From positions 1 to 64,000 of IMG/VR virus record IMGVR_UViG_3300028887_000080: a stretch of DNA of 64,000 nt; one strand, given 5' to 3'. Under the pieces are notes generated by a model, which saw nothing but the letters and a program-made list of their open reading frames with translations, did not search any database and was not told the origin of the DNA. Source of the DNA: a virus. Its lineage: Duplodnaviria; Caudoviricetes. Every line of letters begins with the position of its first letter. The first letter of the stretch is position 1. Positions 1-9,790 of the stretch are shown here, one piece after another. The position numbers were made by a program, and so were the translations under genes.

Positions 1-349
1 TATATCGAAATTCCAAACCAATAAAACAGATACAGACCATTCAGACTATCCAAACCATCCAACCATACAAACATCCAAAAAAAAAATATCAAAGCAAAAA
101 AAAAAAAACAATTCAAAAAAGTGGACCAAAAAAAAGGCAGACAACCAGGCATATTACTGATATAATTAGAATTTGGAGATTTTGCTTGTAACATTCCTTT
201 TTTCAATTTGATATATGTTGCGTTTATGTGTGATATATCATTGATATATCGTTTTTTGTTTTTAATATGCAGTTTGTGTATTTTTCTACGTCTTGTGTAA
301 AAAATGTCCTTCTTTTTGTTATATTAAAACAAATCAAATATTTCAGAAT

Positions 350-595
350 ATGGCAAAAACACAGTTAATCAAAATGGACGGCGTCATAACGGACGACCTG
401 TCGAACTGCAAGTACAAGGTTGTGCTTGACAATGGAAAGGAACTCATCGCCTATGTTTCAGGCAAGATGCGCAAGAACAACATCAGGGTTATGCCCGGCG
501 ACTCGGTTACAATCGAAATCAGTCCCTACGACCTTGACAACGGACGCATTGTTTACCGCAAGAAAGTGACGCAGGATGAGAATACTGAATGTTAA
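350..595 (+). CDS. infA: translation initiation factor IF-1
   Basis: MAKTQLIKMDGVI..LSN..LDNG..AYVSGKMRKNNIRVMPGD.V.IEISPYDL..GRIVYR is the IF-1 signature; ATG at 350. Confidence 0.95.
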   Translation: MAKTQLIKMDGVITDDLSNCKYKVVLDNGKELIAYVSGKMRKNNIRVMPGDSVTIEISPYDLDNGRIVYRKKVTQDENTEC

Positions 596-2222
596 ATGGC
601 GGAATTTCGCAGGGTGGGGGAACTCTTGGCGTGAGATAGACTTTGAGAAGCAGAAGGGTCTGACATTGCTGTGCGGTCGCAACGGCGCAGGAAAGTCGAG
701 CATTCCGAACCTGATTGTATATATGCTGTACGGTCAGGTTGACGGTTTCACGCAGAAAAGCATCCCAAACAGGGTGAACAGGCATTTCGAGGGCGTCATA
801 AGCATTGTCGCCGAAGGTCGTTCCGTCGTGATACGGAGGGGTCTTATGCCGAGTGTGTTTGCGGTGACTGTCGACGGCGAACCAATCGACACGGCAGGCA
901 AGGCGAATGTGCAGGCGTATCTTGAAACGGAAATATACAAGACCCCGTATAACATATTCAAGAACACCATCGCGCTTTCTATGGACACCTTCAAGTCGTT
1001 TGTGAAATTGTCGCCGTCTGAAAAGTGCGAACTCATAGACAGGATATTCGGGTATTCCATCATCAACACCGCCTCCGCGAAGGCAAGGGAGTGTGTGAAG
1101 GAAATCAAGTGCAGAATATCGGAAGGAGAGTCCTCGATAGAGGGGTACAACACAACCGTGTCCGAAATGGAGCGACGCATATCCACTATGGTCAATCGCC
1201 AAAACGAGGCGAAAGACGAACCTGACGAGACCAATGCGTCCGACATTGAAGGTCTGATAACCGAAAGCGTGAGGGACTACAACAGCATTGAGGAAACGAT
1301 AAGAACGCTTGAAGGTATGCGTTCCGACAATGCGATGAGCATTTCGGGTTTCCGTTCCGAACTCAAGCAGGTCGGGGACAAAATAAAACTTTTCGAGAGC
1401 GGCAAGTGCCCGCTTTGCGGTTCAGACCTCAACACACAGGAGCACATTGAATACGCGAACACGCTGAAAGACGCTTCAAAAAACCTGACGGACAACATTA
1501 TGAAATTCGGAAAGCGGGAAAAGAAGATTGGGGACAAACTCGACATTGCTGTTTCAAAGAAAAAGGATATTTGGGACAGGATAAACTCGTTGAGGATAGA
1601 GAAGGCGAAACTCGAATCAAGGCGAAAAGAACGCGATTTGGGGTATGAAGAGCAGATTTCCAACCTCCGTGCTATGTGCGACGAGATACACGCCAAAATC
1701 GCCCCGAAACAGTCCGAAATAGACAAGGACTGCAAGCGACTTGAAGTGATGAACACAGTATGCGGCGTGTTTTCAAACGACGGTCTGAAGCAGTATATTT
1801 CGGACATCTATGTCCCTATGATAAACGGATATGTCGAGGGCGCCTGCACACAACTTGGGATAAACTACAGGATTGTCTTTGACACAGGGTATGCGTGCTC
1901 TATCTGGTCGCTTGGCGAGGAGGTTCCCTACAGCACCCTTTCCACAGGCGAGCGGAAGAAGGTTGACATTGCCGTGACACTCGCTTTCCTGCAAATTGTC
2001 AAGAGCAGGGTGCCTGACATAAACATACTTTTCCTTGACGAGGTTCTGACCAACATAGATGTGGAGTCCTGCAACGATATGCTCCGCATTTTCAAGAAGT
2101 TTGCAGACGACAACGGGTTGAGCATATACATAGTGCACCACGCGAACCTCGATTCCGTCTATGCCGACAATGTGGTGGAGATTGAAAAGAGGAACGGGTT
2201 CTCGAATTTTGTCGGTGAATGA
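576..2222 (+). CDS. SbcC/gp46-like recombination exonuclease ATPase subunit
   Basis: Walker A GRNGAGKS, coiled coils, CPLC Zn-hook, signature LSTGE, Walker B LFLDE. Confidence 0.92.
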   Translation: MRILNVKWRNFAGWGNSWREIDFEKQKGLTLLCGRNGAGKSSIPNLIVYMLYGQVDGFTQKSIPNRVNRHFEGVISIVAEGRSVVIRRGLMPSVFAVTVDGEPIDTAGKANVQAYLETEIYKTPYNIFKNTIALSMDTFKSFVKLSPSEKCELIDRIFGYSIINTASAKARECVKEIKCRISEGESSIEGYNTTVSEMERRISTMVNRQNEAKDEPDETNASDIEGLITESVRDYNSIEETIRTLEGMRSDNAMSISGFRSELKQVGDKIKLFESGKCPLCGSDLNTQEHIEYANTLKDASKNLTDNIMKFGKREKKIGDKLDIAVSKKKDIWDRINSLRIEKAKLESRRKERDLGYEEQISNLRAMCDEIHAKIAPKQSEIDKDCKRLEVMNTVCGVFSNDGLKQYISDIYVPMINGYVEGACTQLGINYRIVFDTGYACSIWSLGEEVPYSTLSTGERKKVDIAVTLAFLQIVKSRVPDINILFLDEVLTNIDVESCNDMLRIFKKFADDNGLSIYIVHHANLDSVYADNVVEIEKRNGFSNFVGE

Positions 2223-2257
2223 GAATATAAATAATACATTCTAATATCCATTCTGAT

Positions 2258-2482
2258 ATGATTAAAAAATTCTGCACGAAACACGGCATCGAATATCTTG
2301 GGGAATGTCCCGAATGCGCTTGCGATGCCGAACCGAAAGTTGAAACCAAAACGGAAAGTGCGCCGAATAAAAAGGCATTGAAACCGAAAAGGAAAAACAA
2401 ACCGAAAGGGCGTGATGTCTATACAGGTTCCTACGATGAGAAACTCAAGGCGCTGATGGACAAATGGAATCATAAAAACTGA
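2258..2482 (+). CDS. small basic Cys/His hypothetical protein
   Basis: ORF behind TATAAATA at 2226; CxxH...CxxC. Confidence 0.55.
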   Translation: MIKKFCTKHGIEYLGECPECACDAEPKVETKTESAPNKKALKPKRKNKPKGRDVYTGSYDEKLKALMDKWNHKN

Positions 2483-2539
2483 AGTATTTGTATTTTTGTA
2501 ATTGCTTGATTTATCGTTCTTCGGAACATAAACCAACTC

Positions 2540-2592
2540 CCTGCCACGCAACGCCCGCAAATTTCCACTCCCTTCGGGGAGTGGAAGGCAGG
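2540..2592 (+). other. strong intergenic hairpin with UUCG tetraloop
   Basis: TTCCACTCCC-TTCG-GGGAGTGGAA (2563-2586) enclosed by CCTGCC/GGCAGG. Confidence 0.6.
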
Positions 2593-2620
2593 TCGCCTGA
2601 AAAACAAAACTGAAACAGAG

Positions 2621-2851
2621 ATGATACTGATAGAGAACAGGGAAAACAGGACTCCGTATGTGGACGTGTACACCTACAATATGATTAAACGGTTCACTTT
2701 CAACGCCTGCACGGTAAAGAAGGATGTGGACGAGGGGGTATATGTCGTGACCACAAGCGACAATGACTATTTTGTGGCGGCGTTCCCTGTGAAGGGGACT
2801 GCCTATATGCAGCAAACAAACGAAACAAGCGACAATATAACCTTCGTCTAA
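2621..2851 (+). CDS. hypothetical protein
   Basis: ORF with host-like codon usage, co-directional spacing. Confidence 0.6.
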   Translation: MILIENRENRTPYVDVYTYNMIKRFTFNACTVKKDVDEGVYVVTTSDNDYFVAAFPVKGTAYMQQTNETSDNITFV

Positions 2852-2860
2852 TCCGTTTTT

Positions 2861-4840
2861 ATGGCAATACCGAGAAACATAATAATACCCAATGCGGAAC
2901 GCAGCGACTACACCTGCCTTGTCCGTACGCAGAACGGTGTGTATGACAGAAAGGACATCCATACAAAGGTGTCCCGTGCGGACGGGAAGAAAACCACAGT
3001 CCTGATTGACGTGAACACAGGCGAAGTTCTGTACACAAGGAGCAGGAACCTTGTGTCCGAACAAAATTCCAAATTCCACATTTACTCCACCTGCACGGAT
3101 TTCGCAAAAAGCAAGAACGTGCCCCGTGTGAAGGTGAAGTCGGAAGGCAGGCACATCATAGACCTGATAAAGGAACACAGGAACTATTTGCAGTGTTCCA
3201 CAGGTTCGACACACAGGACAAGGGGAATCATCGCAGTCGACATAGACCGTATGTGCGGATGCGGTGATATGGATTCCATAAGGCGCGAGATAGAGGAGAG
3301 GTTGTGTGTGTGCGGCGACTTGGGGGTGCCTATGCCGAGTTCATACCAAGTGCACAAGACAAACGGGCACGTCCAACTGTTTTGGGTGCTTGACAATGAA
3401 ATCACGATAAACGAAGTGAAGACGGTCAATGTGGACTGCGGAGGCGAGAAGAAAGCGGCGTATTCATTCATAAAGAATGAAAATTGGGGGCGGTACATCA
3501 ACGCTATGCGTTTCCTTTCCACTGTTCTCGGAGGCGACCCGCAGTTCACAGGATGGCAGATTAAGAATATGTTCTTCACGCCTGACGTGAACGAGATGGT
3601 GTTCTTCGGGGAGTTCTGCACGATTTGGAGGAACGGTGACTGTTGGACTGAAACGGAACCAACCAAAGTGGAAACCTGCACCTTTGAAAGCATAGACTCG
3701 GTTGTGGATGTGTTTATGACAAACCCGTCGGACGAACTTTTGGACAACCTGATGGAGATTGTGTCAAAGCACGGCGGTTCAAGGGACTCGGTTGTTTTCG
3801 GTCTGAAAATGTGCAGCGGTTTCAGGATGAGCGCGGACGCAAAGTCTTTCTACAATGTCAGCGAAAGCGACGTGGATGAGTCCTGTGACGCAAATTTCAG
3901 GGTTGACGCCGAAATGGTCAATATGGGTCGCAACCAATTCGTGAGAATGAAAACGCTTGAGGTGATACGGAGAAAACAAGGGAAGGTCTCAAGGGAGTGG
4001 TGCTACGCTGTCGTCAAAAGGGAATTTGACAAGGCGGTCAGGGACGGTATAATCAAGGGAACCTTCGACCACGAGAGGGAATATACGGAGTCCGATTTCG
4101 ACAGGGATTTCGACAGCACCTATGACTACGGGGTGAACAACTACAAGAGTATGCAGTGGAGCGATGAACAGCGTGACACCGCCGCAAAGACAAACCGCTC
4201 TAAAAAGACAAGGAAACTCGCGCTTTTGATTGGCATACTTGAGGAACATCCGAACCTTATACGCAACACGGCGAAAAACAACAGGGAAATCATAGATATT
4301 TTCAAGGAATTGTATGACATTGAGATAAAGACAGTCAACACCGTTTCCAATTACAAGCGCGAACTTAAACTGAAGGACAAGCAGAAAAAAGTCGGCAAGC
4401 GTAACTACCGTTCAATCGCCAAACGCAGCGAATCTTCCGAAGAGTATTACGAAAGCGTGAAGAATGTATATGACAGACTCCTCGATTTCGGTTTTTTCGG
4501 TGATGTCGCGGGACGCGACACTTGGAAAAGGCGTGTCAGCAGCATAGGCGGAAACGATGTTTACAGGATTTACAGGGAAAGTTACAGTTTTTCATACAAC
4601 AAATGTTTATATGAACCGAAAGGAATACTTGAAACACCAAGATATACTTGGAGTAGCGAAACATATATGTTTTCCTCAATGGGATGTTGGAACAAAGAGC
4701 GTTTCGACGGACGAGACGCTTGCGGGGATTTACAGGGAGAGATGCCAAAACACTCCCCTGCACCACCTCTATCCGAAAGGGACGACCTATGTGGGTGTCC
4801 CAGCCAACGACCACCACTTCACGACGGCGTACCATTATGA
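2861..4840 (+). CDS. ColE2-type replicase/primase-like (AEP superfamily) protein with C-terminal HTH-like region
   Basis: IIAVDID...VPMPSSYQVHKTNGHVQLFWVL, LGGDPQFTG..IKNMF, GRN.FV, WSDEQR..AAK basic patch resemble plasmid Replicase/PriCT motifs; last ~77 codons overlap next ORF. Confidence 0.6.
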   Translation: MAIPRNIIIPNAERSDYTCLVRTQNGVYDRKDIHTKVSRADGKKTTVLIDVNTGEVLYTRSRNLVSEQNSKFHIYSTCTDFAKSKNVPRVKVKSEGRHIIDLIKEHRNYLQCSTGSTHRTRGIIAVDIDRMCGCGDMDSIRREIEERLCVCGDLGVPMPSSYQVHKTNGHVQLFWVLDNEITINEVKTVNVDCGGEKKAAYSFIKNENWGRYINAMRFLSTVLGGDPQFTGWQIKNMFFTPDVNEMVFFGEFCTIWRNGDCWTETEPTKVETCTFESIDSVVDVFMTNPSDELLDNLMEIVSKHGGSRDSVVFGLKMCSGFRMSADAKSFYNVSESDVDESCDANFRVDAEMVNMGRNQFVRMKTLEVIRRKQGKVSREWCYAVVKREFDKAVRDGIIKGTFDHEREYTESDFDRDFDSTYDYGVNNYKSMQWSDEQRDTAAKTNRSKKTRKLALLIGILEEHPNLIRNTAKNNREIIDIFKELYDIEIKTVNTVSNYKRELKLKDKQKKVGKRNYRSIAKRSESSEEYYESVKNVYDRLLDFGFFGDVAGRDTWKRRVSSIGGNDVYRIYRESYSFSYNKCLYEPKGILETPRYTWSSETYMFSSMGCWNKERFDGRDACGDLQGEMPKHSPAPPLSERDDLCGCPSQRPPLHDGVPL

Positions 4841-5399
4841 CTATGTGATACCTGTCATACTCGACCTTTTCGGGATGAAGTTCGATAGGAGTGACTATGA
4901 ACTTACTTCCTATCTGTTGAGGTATCCGACAAGCGAACATCCTGACACGCTTCACGATTTTTCATATCTGAAACCGAAGTTCGAGACCTCATACCACCTG
5001 TTTGACTACTTGGCGCAAAAAGGCAAGGATATGAACACACTGTTCAGGGAGTACGGGGACTATGACTGCGTGTATGACAAGAATTTCGGAGACACGGAAT
5101 ACCACCGCTTCCTGTATTGCGCCCACAGCGTCGCGAAGATAACCAACAACAATCTTCCATACGGCAAAGACCTCATCGTTTCCTGCGACTCGCAGATGGT
5201 GCCCGCCATACCGATTCTGATAAATTATTTCAGGAGCATAACTATGCTCGACAACAGGTATGGAAAAGACATACGCAGCGTTTGGTTGGACGAACATTAT
5301 GACTGCGCCCTGTTCGCCCATTTCTCGATGGAAAACGCAAACGAGTGGAGGTTCAACTGCAAGATGTTTTGGAATTTCGGCATTGATGTGTATTTCTGA
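4611..5399 (+). CDS. DHHW/AlgJ-like SGNH O-acyltransferase-related protein
   Basis: NDHHFT motif and C-terminal DLIVSCDSQMVPAIPILINYFRSITMLDNRY typical of DHHW family. Confidence 0.55.
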   Translation: MNRKEYLKHQDILGVAKHICFPQWDVGTKSVSTDETLAGIYRERCQNTPLHHLYPKGTTYVGVPANDHHFTTAYHYDYVIPVILDLFGMKFDRSDYELTSYLLRYPTSEHPDTLHDFSYLKPKFETSYHLFDYLAQKGKDMNTLFREYGDYDCVYDKNFGDTEYHRFLYCAHSVAKITNNNLPYGKDLIVSCDSQMVPAIPILINYFRSITMLDNRYGKDIRSVWLDEHYDCALFAHFSMENANEWRFNCKMFWNFGIDVYF

Positions 5400-5473
5400 T
5401 TTCCGCATTTTTTTCAACTGCCTGTCAAAAAGTACATCTTTTTTGTTATATTAAATGAAACGGAAGTACATTT

Positions 5474-6052
5474 ATGGCGACAAAATGCAACATAGTTATT
5501 GAAAGAGGCGACGAAACCGCATACCTGTACCATCATTACGACGGTATGCCGGAGCGCGTGGGTGCGGAACTCGAAAAGTTCCTCGCACAGACATCCAACA
5601 GTCAGATGACGCCGAACAGCGTGTACAAGGGATTACGCTATCTTTACGGAGACGGGTATGAGTTGACCGACGGAATACACGGGGACATCGAGTACCTGTA
5701 CACAATAAAGATAGAACCTTCTCTGCAAGAAGTGCTGTTGAGGTGTGACGAGGTTTCGGTTGATTGGACTTCTATGTCTATGTTTCACGCAAACAACACT
5801 TGGGTAAAGAAGTACGAGCGTGTGTTCCCGTTCGTCGACAGGAAGTCAAACAACGGGATGTACACCAAAGGTGATTTGAAGGATATGCGTGTCAGGTTGA
5901 GGTGCGACATTGAAGTTCCTGTCGTCGGCAGTGCGGTTTACAACGAGTGCCCCGACGAGATTGCGATTGATGAGAAGCGTTTGAAACGTATGCTGATTGA
6001 CGCGTTTTCAGGGGAAATCATTGCGAACACAAAAATAGAAATAAAAAAATAG
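5474..6052 (+). CDS. conserved phage hypothetical protein
   Basis: MATKCNI...YHHYDGMP..VG pattern common in phage early proteins; promoter motif at 5439. Confidence 0.7.
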   Translation: MATKCNIVIERGDETAYLYHHYDGMPERVGAELEKFLAQTSNSQMTPNSVYKGLRYLYGDGYELTDGIHGDIEYLYTIKIEPSLQEVLLRCDEVSVDWTSMSMFHANNTWVKKYERVFPFVDRKSNNGMYTKGDLKDMRVRLRCDIEVPVVGSAVYNECPDEIAIDEKRLKRMLIDAFSGEIIANTKIEIKK

Positions 6053-6056
6053 GAGT

Positions 6057-6383
6057 ATGAATAAACCAGTTTGGATTAAATTCGGTGTGGAGAATGAAAC
6101 CCACACAATCAATCTCGACAATGTTATAGACATAAGGTTCGAGAAAAACACAGACAAGGATTCTTCTGTGGAGATACGATATGCGGACAGAACATACACC
6201 ATTTTCAAGGGCGGTGTAAACGCGATGGAAGCGTTTTACAACAAGGTTGTCAACGGAGTCAGTATGGTGTGTTCTTTCTATGACTGCGACAACAATCCGC
6301 AGGTGAACGGAAAACTTCCAAACCTCGACCAATGTGTTTTGATTACTGAAAACGAGGAAAATAAAACAATAACAAAATTATAA
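6057..6383 (+). CDS. hypothetical protein
   Basis: tightly packed ORF. Confidence 0.65.
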   Translation: MNKPVWIKFGVENETHTINLDNVIDIRFEKNTDKDSSVEIRYADRTYTIFKGGVNAMEAFYNKVVNGVSMVCSFYDCDNNPQVNGKLPNLDQCVLITENEENKTITKL

Positions 6384-6388
6384 GCGAT

Positions 6389-6736
6389 ATGAAAACCTAT
6401 AAGTACATTGTGAACGAGAAAAAGCGCACCGTGGTGTGCCTTCTCACTGTTACGAAAAAAGACGACGGCATTGAAAACACCGAACTTTACCGTGGCATTG
6501 CCAAATGCAACCCAGATGACACATTTGACGAAGAGGCGGGCAAGACGCTTGCAAGACGCAGGGCGATTCTTTCGGAATGCGAGTATGAACTCAACAAACT
6601 CGATTGGCGTTGGACTGACGAGGAAATCGAGAACTACCTGACTACGGTCACACGGGCAAAGAACTGCAAGCAATATCTCCGCCGCAAGATTCACGAGTTG
6701 AAAGTGGAGATAAACAAAACAGTCCGTCCTGAATAA
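6389..6736 (+). CDS. phage hypothetical protein
   Basis: GIAKCNPDDTFDEEAGKTLARRRA motif common in phage proteins. Confidence 0.7.
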   Translation: MKTYKYIVNEKKRTVVCLLTVTKKDDGIENTELYRGIAKCNPDDTFDEEAGKTLARRRAILSECEYELNKLDWRWTDEEIENYLTTVTRAKNCKQYLRRKIHELKVEINKTVRPE

Positions 6737-6754
6737 TATATCACCGATATATCA

Positions 6755-6931
6755 ATGAACTCCAATGACGATGAAAACAAACCGAAAGAACAGGACGACA
6801 GACCGACAGAACAGGACGGCAGACCGATAGTCCACAAGTGGAAACCCTGCGACGGGTTTTGTTGGGACTGCGAGCGGCGCACTTGGTGTTGGGCGTCCTG
6901 TACCGGGGAGCAGAATGAGTTCGGAAATTAA
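6755..6931 (+). CDS. 58-aa acidic-leader, Cys/Trp-rich peptide (not in ORF track)
   Basis: hand translation MNSNDDENKPKEQDDRPTEQDGRPIVHKWKPCDGFCWDCERRTWCWASCTGEQNEFGN*; fills gap between two genes. Confidence 0.55.
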   Translation: MNSNDDENKPKEQDDRPTEQDGRPIVHKWKPCDGFCWDCERRTWCWASCTGEQNEFGN

Positions 6932-6942
6932 AACAGAAAACA

Positions 6943-7479
6943 ATGAGTCTTGATTTGTACATAAAGAAAAAAACTCCAATCATAAAGAGTGGAACAGGGG
7001 TGTATGCCCGTGAGAACGGGCGGATGTTTGAACTGAAGACCGTAAACGAGGTTATGTCGAGGTTTCCGAACACCGACCCCTCCTCTATAAAGGTTGAGGA
7101 ATACGAAACCGATGAGTATTTTCACACGAACCTGACGCACAATCTGTGCGAGATGGCAGACCATATACCAGTCGGCGGGAATTTCACGGCGTACCATCTG
7201 CTGTGGCATCCTGAAAAGATATACGGCGACCCCGATGTGAAAAAGCGCAATGAGGAATGGGACTACACTGAAGAGGGATGGCATTTGCGCGAGGATTATG
7301 TTTCACGGGTTGAGGAGGCGATGAAGTATGCGATGAAGCACGAAAAAATGCTGTCGAAGTACAACCCAGACAACGGTTGGGGGAGTTATGAACAGTTGAG
7401 GAACGCATTGTGTGAACTGTTCCAAGAGTTATACCCGATAGAAGATATGGACGAATACTACATCGTGGCAAGCGTGTAA
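6943..7479 (+). CDS. phage hypothetical protein
   Basis: MSLDLY..., NLTHNL..MA, YNPDNGWGSYE pattern. Confidence 0.7.
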   Translation: MSLDLYIKKKTPIIKSGTGVYARENGRMFELKTVNEVMSRFPNTDPSSIKVEEYETDEYFHTNLTHNLCEMADHIPVGGNFTAYHLLWHPEKIYGDPDVKKRNEEWDYTEEGWHLREDYVSRVEEAMKYAMKHEKMLSKYNPDNGWGSYEQLRNALCELFQELYPIEDMDEYYIVASV

Positions 7480-7482
7480 CTG

Positions 7483-8454
7483 ATGAGCAGTATAGAACTT
7501 TTGAAAAAGATAATCGGATTCGACAAGGATTGGTGTTACCAATACCAACGCAGGATTGACACTTTGGCACAGGACAAGGTGCGGTATGGTTGGGACGACG
7601 AGTACATTAGGAACATAAAGTTGTCCGACTTTGAGTTTATGCCTCTTGAGAGTGCCGCAGAAAAGGCGTCCGCCACAGAGTTCATAAAACGCTATGAATG
7701 GTTGGGCACGGTCGGCAGTTATCCGACACATTGGTTCGGTGCCAAATACAAAGGGATTCTCGGAGGCGTTGTCATAATGTCTATGCCGAACTCGTTCAGC
7801 ACGCTGCTCGGTGAAAGGACGAGGAAAATCGAACGCCTCATATCAAGGGGCGCGAGTGCAAGTTGGACTCCGTTCAACCTCGGAAGCAAGTTCCTTATGT
7901 GGTGCATAAGATATATGGTCGACAACACCGACTACAGACTTTTCACCTGTTACAGCGACACGCAGGCGAAGGAGAAGGGTTCCATCTACCAAGCGCTTAA
8001 TTTCTATTATCTCGGAAAGGACAGCGGGGCGTCTGTAAGGTGCGTAAACCCCTACAACCCGTCGAAGATAGTCACCGACAGAGCGTTCAGGGCGAGGAGT
8101 TTCTATAAGAGATATGCGAAGGACTTGGGTATTGTGTGGCAGAAGAATTGGAACAACGACCAAAGGATGCTGTGGGAGAATGTGCCCGACGACATAGAGA
8201 GAAAACTGCGAGAGTATTCAAAGGATATGTATGAGAAATCGGTGAAGTTGAAGTTTCCTCCGAAGCACAAATACGCATTTGTTCTCGGACGGGACAAACG
8301 CGAGACCAATGCCCTGCGGAGAGAGTTTCTTGAGCGCAACAAGGTGTATGAATACCCGAAGGAAAGGGTTGTGGACAATGTGGAGTTCGACAATGAATAC
8401 AACGAGATTATATCAGAGAGCGACAAGTATGACAAGTCGCACAGACTGTTTTGA
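7483..8454 (+). CDS. Mom-like GNAT DNA-modification enzyme
   Basis: FIKRYEWLG, ISRGA...NLGSKFLM, TCYSDTQAKEKGSIYQALNFYYLG matches Mom-family core; directly upstream of polymerase. Confidence 0.7.
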   Translation: MSSIELLKKIIGFDKDWCYQYQRRIDTLAQDKVRYGWDDEYIRNIKLSDFEFMPLESAAEKASATEFIKRYEWLGTVGSYPTHWFGAKYKGILGGVVIMSMPNSFSTLLGERTRKIERLISRGASASWTPFNLGSKFLMWCIRYMVDNTDYRLFTCYSDTQAKEKGSIYQALNFYYLGKDSGASVRCVNPYNPSKIVTDRAFRARSFYKRYAKDLGIVWQKNWNNDQRMLWENVPDDIERKLREYSKDMYEKSVKLKFPPKHKYAFVLGRDKRETNALRREFLERNKVYEYPKERVVDNVEFDNEYNEIISESDKYDKSHRLF

Positions 8455-8468
8455 AAAACAAAAGCGAT

Positions 8469-9788
8469 ATGAACAAAGACCTTGAGAAAAAAATAAGAGA
8501 CAAAATAGAGGAGTTGAATGCAACCTACACCAAGTACCACAACTGGGAGCAGGGAACCAAGATTATGATTAACTCGTTCTACGGCGGACTTGGCAACCAA
8601 TATATGTATTTCTTCAACCCCGACCTTGCGGAGTGCATCACGAAGCAGGGAAAGAACGCAATCCTGTATGCGGAGAGTCATATCAACGATTACTTCCTGA
8701 ATGAATGGCACAAGGACGTCGAGGTTCACAAAAGACTTGGCGTCACCGTACACTGCCCTGTGAAAAAGCAGGTGACTGTATACATTGACACCGATTCGGT
8801 GTATTCCCAACTTGAGGAGGTCATAGCGACGACCGATTGGGGGATAGGCGACAACCCGAATTGGAAAATCACAATCAAGAAAAAGGGGGAGAAAGACCCC
8901 TATATAACCAATTTCTGCGGAAAGAAGTCGAGGGAATATGTGGAGGATTATTTTAACGTGAGAGACGACGATGTTGAGTTTTACAACATAGAACTTGTAA
9001 GGGGTGAGGCGAAGGACTTTGCCATCAGACTCGACGACGTGTTCTTGTCTGATTATTTCAAGAGGATTTTTGACAGTTATGCCGCCGCCATAAACGGAAA
9101 GAACTATCTCAACTTCGAGTTGGAGACTTATTCCGACGCAGGCATTTGGTTGTCAAAAAAGAAATACATACAGAATGTTCGGTGGACTGACAATATGCCG
9201 AGGCACGACATTCTCGACAATTTTTCAAAAATCAAGTCGAAGGGAGTCGAGTTGATACAGGCGTCGAGTCCCGCGTTCGCAAGGGAGAAACTCGCGGAAA
9301 TCGTGAAATGGATTTTCGAGCACAACGGACTTGACGGGAATATGAAGGCGTTGTCGCTTGAGTTGAAGAACATAAAGCGTGTTATGAAAGGCGCCCCGAT
9401 AGATTCAATCTGTTGGAACAAGAAAGCGACGGGTTATATGGAATGGGTGCTTGACGACACGAAGGAGTTTGTTATGAAGAAAGGCGCCCCCGCCACCACC
9501 AAAGGTATCGCATATTACAACTATATGCTCTACCACTATCCGGAGTTCAAGTCACGTTTCAACCGACTGACGGAGGGTAGCAAATGCAAGTATTATTACT
9601 GCAAGGGGAAGACCTGCGACTTCTTTGCCTTTGAACCCGGCAACTATCCTATGCCGTTTGCACCTGAAGTCGACATCGACGTGATGTTCGAGAAAATCAT
9701 CCTCGCTCCGTTGAACAGAATCATAGAGGCGCTCGGTCACAGACCGTTTGACAAAGACCTCGTTGTTATAGACTCAAAACTTTTTTAA
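8469..9788 (+). CDS. family B DNA polymerase, C-terminal subunit (fingers/palm/thumb)
   Basis: motif B KIMINSFYG, motif C YIDTDS, KKKY, KGVE. Confidence 0.93.
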   Translation: MNKDLEKKIRDKIEELNATYTKYHNWEQGTKIMINSFYGGLGNQYMYFFNPDLAECITKQGKNAILYAESHINDYFLNEWHKDVEVHKRLGVTVHCPVKKQVTVYIDTDSVYSQLEEVIATTDWGIGDNPNWKITIKKKGEKDPYITNFCGKKSREYVEDYFNVRDDDVEFYNIELVRGEAKDFAIRLDDVFLSDYFKRIFDSYAAAINGKNYLNFELETYSDAGIWLSKKKYIQNVRWTDNMPRHDILDNFSKIKSKGVELIQASSPAFAREKLAEIVKWIFEHNGLDGNMKALSLELKNIKRVMKGAPIDSICWNKKATGYMEWVLDDTKEFVMKKGAPATTKGIAYYNYMLYHYPEFKSRFNRLTEGSKCKYYYCKGKTCDFFAFEPGNYPMPFAPEVDIDVMFEKIILAPLNRIIEALGHRPFDKDLVVIDSKLF

Positions 9789-9790
9789 TT

